Below, one piece after another: positions 54,901-64,000 of a DNA stretch of 64,000 bases. The stretch is from the NCBI GenBank assembly GCA_036630325.1, contig CP142735.1:62001-126000 (forward strand), in the 5' to 3' direction. The notes below the pieces were generated by a model. It had not been told where the DNA came from, did not search any database, and saw only the letters and a list, made by a program, of their open reading frames with translations. Numbering within the stretch: position 1 is the stretch's first letter; each line of letters starts with the position of its first letter. The stretch comes from Vairimorpha necatrix. Taxonomy: Eukaryota. Both the position numbers and the translations under genes were made by a program.

Positions 54901-55675
54901 GCTCTAACATTCTTATGGAAGCTATTGAATTTGCATTGTGAAACTATATGGCCCCTTTTCCCGCAAATAAAACACTTAATTTTTCCATTTTTTTCTGTTT
55001 TCTCATTATTGTTCCACCAGACCTTTTCTTTTATCGCATCTACCTCCCTAGATTCTCCTCGAGCCACTTCTGTATATCTTTGGACATTCGCTGACTTCAT
55101 ATTACTCAGAGCTCTGTAAATGTACCTCCACGATAAGGTATCTTTATTATTTACTAGCACCAAATTTGCCAAATCCTTGGGTAGTCCTTTTAACGCAAAG
55201 GCAATTAATATACTCTCCGGGACATTACCTTTGCGTGCTAGTCCCGCCATCTTATCCAAATAATTTAAAATCGAGCCTCCATGGTATACTAACGCCGAAA
55301 GTTTATCAATGCATATTTTTAACTGCATTTTACTAAAAAATCTTTCTTTAAATAATTCAATTAGCTTATCAAATCTAAGTCCTACTGGCAGTGAATTAAT
55401 CCAGTCTCTCGCTTCATCCTTTAGAGACATTTTAAACAGGAGCATCAGTTTCCCCTCGCTGTACTCCAGCAACCTCCCCACCTCTAAAATGTCCTCCACG
55501 AACTGCTGTGGGTCATCATCCTCTTCATTTCTAAATATCAACTCTTTCTTGTCGTTCTCGCCAAATTGTTGGAATGAAAACATGGGTTTATTTATTATAA
55601 AATATTTAAGAAACAACATGTCAAATATATCAAAACACAGACACAATATATTTGACATATGTGGCACTTCCTACA
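51978..55675 (-). mobile_element. Young Ty3/Gypsy (family 2), 3,698 bp
   Basis: 109-bp LTRs at 51978-52086 and 55567-55675, identical by eye. TSD CAAAT (51973-51977 / 55676-55680). PBS TGGCGAG; PPT AAAGGAGGGGTAG. Confidence 0.97.
52087..55583 (-). CDS. gag-pol polyprotein with one 1-nt frameshift at ~54328
   Basis: ATG at 55583 (CCCATG) inside the 5' LTR. Motifs: CFICGKRGHIVSQC, LIDTGA, YMDD, TTDAS, HDLLGH..CEVC, TDNGKEF. GGATAATA lacks one A relative to LGIIRPS in the sister copy. Confidence 0.9.
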
Positions 55676-57007
55676 CAAATAATTTATAGAAAAATGGAAG
55701 CATGAAATAATATTCTTCTTTGTATAAGAAGAAAAGAATAATTAAAAATTTACAAAAAAAGTCGAAAATATCAAAAAAACAAATCACTGCTTTTTAAATT
55801 GAGACAAGGGCACAAATATTAAAGTTTAAACATGTATTGTAAACATTATACAAAAATAAGATAAATGACCTAAGATTCAAAATCTAATGGATTGAATAAT
55901 AAATAGGATAAATAAGAACTGGCGTACTCCAAGGAATGCGGCTTGTTCTAAAGTAGTACTCTAAAGAACCATATGTTTGCCCGTCTGCCCCTGACAGGCT
56001 TTTATAACTTTTATTTTTAATTTGTTTATTAGAATTCATTGGAGTCAAAAATAAAATATTAAGAAGGAGGGGAAACCATTTGATAGTTGTAAAATACATC
56101 CTGTAAGAAATAGAGATGATTATGTGGTCATAATACCATAGGAACCTTATAATGACAAAAAATACATTAGAAAAGTAAATTGCAATCTATGTTGTTTTTA
56201 AGTAAAAATGACTTCATGTAAGGCAAAGTATATTCAGATTATATAAAATATCATTTATACTTGAGATCTTAAGATTGAAACTAAAGTTGATTATCACAAA
56301 CGAAAGCCTTATTATTTATAATCTTGATTTTGTAGAGACAATAAAAACATGACTCTTTTATTAATTTATTTGTTATGAACAACAATGAGTACTAAATACA
56401 ACTCCTATAATAGGCAGAATACACTACTTATATGCTTCTTGAAATTTTTTATCAGTATATATATTAATTTTTTATTAATACAAAGCAAATCGCAATAATA
56501 CGTAATAAATACTGAGCTAAAACAGATTGGCGCAATAAAATGCAAAACAATGCAGAAAATAATGCATGCATTATAAATAAATTTGTGTATTTAATTATAA
56601 TTTAATGAAAAAAAATATTTTTTTAATTTATTATATCTAAAGTAGATATGGTTTATTTTTTTAATTCTAATTTGAATACATAAAATTTTTATGAAGATAC
56701 TAGAAAATAGTATTTGCCTTGTATTAAATTACCACATATTAATGTTTTATTTTATACTAATTCTTGTGGTATTATCTTTTCTCAATGATTGAAGACATAT
56801 TCTATATGGATATTTTATTTTACACTTTATACGAATAATTCTTGTAGCATTTTTTTTTCATATTGGAAATAAAAATAAATAATCGAGGCATATATTAGAC
56901 TCAATATAATTAAATTTTTTTTGTACATGTAAGAAATATTGCTTATCAATATATTATATCAAGTGACAGATCTTCATTAGCCCTAAAATTGCCCCGGAGA
57001 CCCGAAA

Positions 57008-57329
57008 ATGCTATTCTATAATCATTCTTCTCTTTGCCCAACTATGTTTATAGGCGGGAAGATGCACAATATTTTCTCGCTGTAAACATATAAGTTAATC
57101 ATACTCAGAAGACATAAAGACGAAGATAAACAATATAAATTCTAAGTTTAATCCGTCTTCACAGACTGATGAGGAACTATCAGCCCCCAAATTATTTATT
57201 TTAGACAGAAAAATTCAACTTGATAAGTTTTATAAAACAAATTTGTTCAATAATCTACTTAAAAACTATATAATAATGGCCAATTTATCTGAAGCGTCAG
57301 GGATTTTTCAGATTAATACAATAGTTTAA
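57008..57329 (+). pseudogene. Possible decayed small secreted-protein gene
   Basis: CCC then ATG. After a 1-nt shift the frame reads IIILLFAQLCL*AGRC..S*SYSEDIK..SAPKLFILDRKI..NTIV*. Confidence 0.35.
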
Positions 57330-58040
57330 TGACTAATAAACCAAAAGCAAATAAAGCTCTTTTTACTGTATATCTTTGCTGGTCTCTTTCATATCACTTT
57401 ACCCCTTACAATTACATAAAATATCCTTATTTTTGTTTATACTTTAAAAAAATAAAATTCACAATCTAAACTATTAAAAATTGTATTATAATGTATTTTC
57501 TACAGTTATATCAAAAAAAAACTTTCATATTATTTTATTTTTAACAAATTGATTACTGTATTGTATTTACTGTATATAAACCATTTTGAGAGGTTTTTTT
57601 TATGTTTAAAAAATTTAAAAATTTTTGCAAGTCAAAAGTTCATAGTTCAAGACAATAAAAGCAATATTTTTTATGATTAATTTTTTAATAATTGGGTTGA
57701 AAATTTTTATCCTTGGTTTAAAAATATTTAAAAAAGGAGAAGAATTCAAAAAGATAGTAACACGTCATAATAGTATCATTTTATAAAGGCTCTATTCTAT
57801 AAAAAAACATTTACCATAATATATATATTTTATCAATTTTTATATCATATTAAATATATTTAAACGAATAATTTTATTGGTCTATATAACTAAACCCCTT
57901 ACACGTCATAAATAAAAAAAGTATTTTATGTCCTCAATGTACAAACAAAACATGTATAATATGTATATTACTCCTATAATTCATCATAAGGTTTAATATT
58001 TACTATTTATCATTATAAGTGCGGGAAAATACTAAAGGGT

Positions 58041-58487
58041 ATGAACTTTTTTAGACCACGAACCCTAGAAGATCTCGCAAATGTACTGCTAATAACTTTA
58101 TTAATCACATTGTCGATCCAAATATTTGTTAATGTTAACAGATACTTACTATTTATAAGTGTTTGTATCTTAATATGGATATCAAAACATAAACTATTCT
58201 GTTTAGTTATCATACTAGTAGTGTACAGCTTCAAATTTGATTTGATAATGTTCAATCCAAACAAAGTAAATTTTGGTAATGAAATTGTTACATCGGATCT
58301 ACAAAATATGGACAAACCCGCGTTAGATAATAAAGATGAAAGTATTGAGAATGAGTTGGCTAAAAAAACTCCTCAAACTAAAAAACAAAAAACATTGACA
58401 TTGGTTTTATCTGATGATATAACAACTGTGGAAAGTTTAGATGGAACAAAGTTAAAAATTGAAGAAACCGAGATCAAAACAGAATAA
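58041..58487 (+). CDS. Hypothetical membrane protein, 148 aa
   Basis: GGGT before the ATG, two or three hydrophobic N-terminal segments, charged C-terminus. Confidence 0.7.
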   Translation: MNFFRPRTLEDLANVLLITLLITLSIQIFVNVNRYLLFISVCILIWISKHKLFCLVIILVVYSFKFDLIMFNPNKVNFGNEIVTSDLQNMDKPALDNKDESIENELAKKTPQTKKQKTLTLVLSDDITTVESLDGTKLKIEETEIKTE

Positions 58488-60668
58488 AAAAAATAGAATA
58501 AAAAAAATTGTTCATTTTTAAAGGTAAATATATTGGTTATATCAAATAAAAGTATTTTTAATTATATTTGATTTTTTGGATTTTTTAAATTATATAAAGA
58601 ATAAACACAACATATTGCAACAATGATGATATAATATGTAAAGTATAAATATTTTTGTAAACTGGCCTTATTTAATATTTTGATGTAAAACTTATTTCTT
58701 TATTTTCTCTTAACTATAAAAAATTTGCTGATGTATCTCCAAATCTACATGTTTTTTGAAATTAATGTAAAACTAGATATATACATTGTTCATAGACTAT
58801 ATGATACACCAAAAATAATTTCATATATAGGACTAAAAAATTTTTAAAGACTTAGGATATTTAAACCATTATATTGTGGGGAAACTTTTAAAATACAACC
58901 TATATTAGATATAATAAGCTCTTTTTGTTATTCTATATTAAACAAATCCATAATCCTTGTTAAACTATCATTTTTTGTCTAATAAATTTAGCTACTAATC
59001 TTATTCGTCATCGGTATGTACTTCTTGCATTGTGTCTATGCAATTAAAGTTACATTTTTGGAGTACAAGTACAAACGATCTTAAAATATCAATACATATA
59101 TGACAAATTCTAAAGATTTTTTGTTTTAAATATATCTGTATGGATTTTTATGGTTTAAGCATTGATTATAATATGTTTGCGATGTAAAATCAACAAAAAA
59201 GTAGCAAAAAAATTATTGTAACATATTAATGCACGTAGTTTGCGCACGTTATTTAAACAATATATTGAAGTAAAAAATAAAAGAATAATTTACATGTTAA
59301 CAATATAACATCAAAAAGCATAGTTTCTTACCTATTTTCGGAAGTATATTTATACGGGCGTATAAGAAGTATACTAGTGTAAGATATATTGTTATCAAAT
59401 ATTATTATTTCTTTAGTAGTATCTCGGCTTACATAAACATAAAATTGATCTAATGCTATACAGAAACAATTTGTAATTGCTTGAATTTAATCTGTTTACA
59501 TAATATACCAATCTTAATGGACAATAGGGATTAGTGGGCAATGTTAAAGTACGAATTATATAAATTACATATGAATATAACTAGATAAGTGTCACATAAA
59601 CAATTTTTAGTCTAAAAACAAACTAGTTTGTAGCATTAGACTTCACTGACTTAAGAATAAAAATGAAGGCGTTATATGTGCAATTGAAGAGTCTAAGCTG
59701 TAGAATAAAACAACTTTTGAGTGCCGAAGATAAATTTCTTTAATAATTCAAATTGAATCAATGAATTCTAACAATGTGATGTCTTTATTATCTTAGTAAG
59801 ATAAAAAACAGAAAAGTTTCAAAAAAAATGAATTTTTTAGATTATCTCAAAGCATCACGATTTGAATAAAAATAGTACAATACTAAATGTTTAAATACAT
59901 TTTTTAATAATTTAATGTTTACTGAAAAAAAATTAGGCAATTGTTGCAACTTTACACAATAACACAATGGTTAAATAATAAATAATACTTAAGATATAAT
60001 TCAATCTATTTAGATATTTATAGCACAGTTTGCCAGGTATCACCCGATTCGGCTCATCACAGGCCTTGGTTTTATACAATTATTCGATTTTGAGCTAAAT
60101 GTTCAGCTTCATTCTTCTTTACAAGTCGCATAATGTTATAAAAAACTTTGAAGATGAAGTGACATGAAAAAACGTATATATGTCAAAAAATAGTATACAA
60201 TTAAAAAAAAATAAGATTATAATCATGAATATATACTGTGTATATGTAAAAAATCAAGTGAAACTTAATTTAAACAAATCAATATTAAGATGAATCTTAG
60301 AAGTATTTCGATCAAAACATAGAAAATAGTAGCCAACGGAAAACAAGTAAGAAGATACAGGATAACGTTATCATGTATAAAAATAAAAAACTATAGAAGT
60401 ATTGGGGAAAATTTAGAAACTGGATAAATTCTATAATTTAATTGATCATTGCTTATCTTTTTTGTAAATACATGCCCCGTGTCAAAAATATCAAATGGAC
60501 AATTCAAATGACGTGTTTTTAATATATTTAAAATTTTAATGTCTTCATTCACTGATATTTTCTTTTATACTTTATTTTTTTTGTTTTTTTTTATTTAATT
60601 GATTAAATAAATTGGTTTTTACAGCAAAAAAAAATTATTTAAATACTAAAAAAAACTTGCCCCTTAAG

Positions 60669-61424
60669 ATGATTTCAATATTAATCGTATTTCAGGTTAT
60701 ACAGATAATCAAAACGAGTTCAGAAAACATATCTGTGGATATAAACGAAGAAAGCGTATCTGAAAACTGTTCAGCGGACTGTCCAAGAATTTTTATTAGC
60801 GATAGAATTTTAACTTACAACTATACAAAATTGGAAAATTTGAAGATTTTTGCATAGATAGTATTTGAAGCTATAACAGCTAATCCGCGTTTTAATCAGT
60901 TACTAAAAAATGAATTTCCGCCCAGAGGAGAGGATTATCATAAATTAACATTTCTAAAATATTTTCGGTTTTTAAAAAATATTAAAAAACAAAAAACATA
61001 TGTTTTGAAGAAAAGTCTTGGTAATAAATTGTTGCTTTCTTTGGCTAACAAAACTAGGGACTTGATTAATGCATTAGCAAAAATTGATATGCAAAAAAGC
61101 AAACTTTCATATATGGTTATTAATCAATATATTAGATCATCTATTGATATAGTTTTAGATGATAATTGTATCTGGAATGTCCTCAAGGTGTTTGATGAAG
61201 TGAAATATCAAAACTTACTCAACGTCGCTAAGCATTATAAGAGATATACCCTTATAGCGGAATCCAATACAGAATTTAAAATTGTTCCTTTAAAAAAATT
61301 AACAGATTATAAATCTTGGAGATATTCTATACAACCATCTATCGCGGCCAAATCAACTAACTTTACCCATTCAGATACTACAGATCATTCAGACCAATCT
61401 AGTTTAAATTCCGATAATAATTAA
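60669..61424 (+). pseudogene. Putative secreted protein (~250 codons) interrupted by one in-frame TAG at 60855-60857
   Basis: CCCC 5 nt before ATG 60669 and signal-like MISILIVFQVIQII. The ORFs 60612-60857 and 61005-61424 are in the same frame, and 60858-61004 is open. Confidence 0.7.
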
Positions 61425-64000
61425 AAAAATTTATAGTTCAATAATTTTATTTTTGTTATACACTTTTTATTTTTAATAAATGAAAAAAATAAAATATTAA
61501 TTACACCTAATATCCATTATATTAAAGTTATCATTGCAGTGTCTATATAATTGTTGTATTATTCATGTGGTCACAATACGTGGAATACTTTAGTAACGTC
61601 ATAAACTGAATAAATTGTTAAAAAAATTGAGCAAATTTGTAAAGCTTTAGGCTTAAATAGGAGGTCTAAAAAACAATTACTCTACGCTAAAAATAAGTAG
61701 ACAAAGTCAATGCTTTTTTTAGCTTTTTCGGATGACAGAAATTAGATTTTATCATATAATATATATAACAAAGATTATGAAAACATTAAGGAAAGTCCAT
61801 TGGGCTTATGTATTATGGTCATAGGAAAACATATGGATTATTGTTAGAAGTCTTTCAATAATTGGCCATTACACCATTCACTTTTAAAAAAAATTAAAAA
61901 GACAAAATGGGAGCTATGTAGTATGCTGATGCTTGAGCGGACAAAAGATTGAATGAATTTGAGCTTAAGCATAATATTGAACAACTGTATGGAATGAATA
62001 AATGGTCTTAGATAATGGGAACCGCGAAACTTCAAGCTTTACTATGAATTCCATTTTTCAATGTGTTATATACAATACATCAAAACTTTTTATGATTTTT
62101 TTATATTATCTATTTGTTTATCTTTAGTTGTCAAGTCTTTATATGCAGTTGATTTCAAAATCATTAAATGTCATCTAAGAACGCCATATTATTACAGTAA
62201 ACGATTTGTCATGGAAAAATAATTATCAATATAGTTTCACTTTCAATTTTATTTAGATTGTAGACACAAATAAAATTCGAGAATTAATTTATTAGCTTAG
62301 ATATTGGTTTGAATTGTTGATACAATGATTTTTAAACTATAATTGACAAAATAATACTTTTTTATCTTGTATGTTACTACAAAGATTGTTATACAAATTG
62401 TTGAACCATTGGAATATTTTATATTGCAATTTATGTACAGTTTTACGAAATTAATATTAATTATCCTGGCCTAAATTCAGGTAATTGAAGATATATGATG
62501 TAATTATAAAGGAGGGAAATACTATGTCCTCCGTTATATTTTATAAATATCGATTAGATATTTTATGAATCAATTATGAAAATCAATGAGATTGAAAAAG
62601 CTATATATTACAAAAGTGAATACCCTTAATAATTCAAACCGATCAGGCATGAATAAACATGTGGTAATGAAATCGTGATGCATCGTATATTATAAAAATA
62701 GGTATTCTCTAACGTCTGCATAATTACAAATGTAAATATATATTTTTTGTAGGCAAACATTTCTAAAATAAATATTTTTATTTTTATTGAAATTTGTTTT
62801 CAATTATTTGCATTTTTTAGAATTACAAATTTATATTTTTTTTATCTATTAGACATATCCAAGTTCGGGCTTATTTATTTATTAATATAATTAGGATAAT
62901 AATCCATAAAATTATTGATTCTAAACATTCAATCATCTTTTTAATTTAGTTCTGATGCTTATTATAATTCTATTTATTTGATAATTTATAAAAAAACTTT
63001 TTTAATTTTGAGATTGAAATTTTTTATTTATAAATGATGTTATTGATAGCGGTTTTTAATCATTTATTGTACACTACACTTAGACCATTTAAAAATCGGA
63101 TTAAAAATAAAAAAAGTTTTAGTAAAAACAGAGAACTTATATAAATATTATTCTTAATATTGTCAATGAACTCAAAAAAAATATGGATTATTGTTAATGT
63201 TTATAATTTTATATAAAAAATGACTTCTTCTTTTGTTTACAACTTAATAAAGCATCAATTGTTCTAATTACTGTTCTGCAAAAAAAAATTACAACATGCG
63301 AGAAAATTTTATAACACAATTTTGAATCATAATAGATGACAATAAATAAAAAAACAACCATCTAATAAATTACTTGTTTAATTAAAAAGCATCTTTAATT
63401 TTTTTTTAATTTATGATGTATTATTTCGGGTTGCATAATTTTGTTGGAGAAAAATCAATTTGTTATTTGTTGAAAGCTTTGCCTTTCCTCTCGCAAAAAT
63501 ATGTGTACAATGTATAAAAAAAAAACTTAGTTGTAAAAAATAATAAATTGATTTAAAGTAAGATAAATTTTGCAGTAAATTTTCATTTTTATGTATATTT
63601 TTGTTAATGCAAATTCGCATAATATTATATATCTGAAATAGATCCCATAATATTATTTGACTATATTTTATTTTTTAATTTTGAAGCACATATTTAGCAC
63701 AAAAAAAATAATTTATTAATTTGAATTTCTAGATTTAGGGGAGAAAAAAAATATCTGCGGGTTAAATATGTATAAAAAGGAGAAAAGTACATTAGATTTG
63801 CACACGTCAGATAAAATCCCTTATGATAAAATAATTTATTAATTTATGTGACGGTAGACAAACTCATCCAATTTTTTTTACGTATGTGTTAAGTATTTTA
63901 AATAAAAGATTTTATTGGTTATTTAAAGTTCAAACCTTACTCATTGCAAACCAGAAAAATTTTATAAATTAAATATATATAAGTACTATCGATTTTTATA

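Noticed and set aside
55884-56099. 71-aa ORF over a small GC-richer patch
   Set aside because: Short, no recognisable motif, no clear CCC start context.
60028-60070. TCGGCTCATCAC resembling an LSU rRNA peptidyl-transferase segment
   Set aside because: Only ~12 nt match and the flanks are not rRNA-like.

Overview
Very AT-rich eukaryotic DNA, almost certainly microsporidian (Nosema/Vairimorpha-like). The evidence is short intronless housekeeping genes and a CCC-type motif a few nt before most start codons. There are three zones. (1) 1-40.2 kb is a transposon-dense accessory region. It holds three paralogues of an unknown ~500-570 aa secreted protein, each followed by the same APE-type LINE. 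It also holds an intact 4.0 kb Ty3/Gypsy, several Merlin (IS1595/IS1016-like) DNA transposons, a FLYWCH-Mutator and RLE-type non-LTR fragments. A Russian-doll nest at 17.6-31.4 kb can largely be resolved by target-site duplications (TSDs). (2) 40.3-51.6 kb is a dense island of 11 mostly core genes: POB3/SSRP1, RPS15A, ArfGAP, cyclin, SPT4, BDF1, proteasome alpha-2, SBDS, Wee1-like kinase, a NUP42/NUPL2-like CCCH protein and one hypothetical. (3) 52-64 kb has a young 3.7 kb Ty3/Gypsy, then gene-poor DNA with decaying secreted-protein genes. The most striking feature is a 3,074-bp Ty3/Gypsy element (28280-31353) with identical LTRs of only 38 bp, a 5-bp TSD, PBS and PPT. Its reading frame starts in the 5' LTR and stops in the 3' LTR, and it has no aspartic protease between the Gag zinc knuckle and RT. 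Also notable are a NUP42-like protein whose FG repeats appear replaced by RDNYQ repeats, and a LINE/RLE tail-to-tail junction seen twice. All calls were made by eye from the sequence and motifs; no database search was run.
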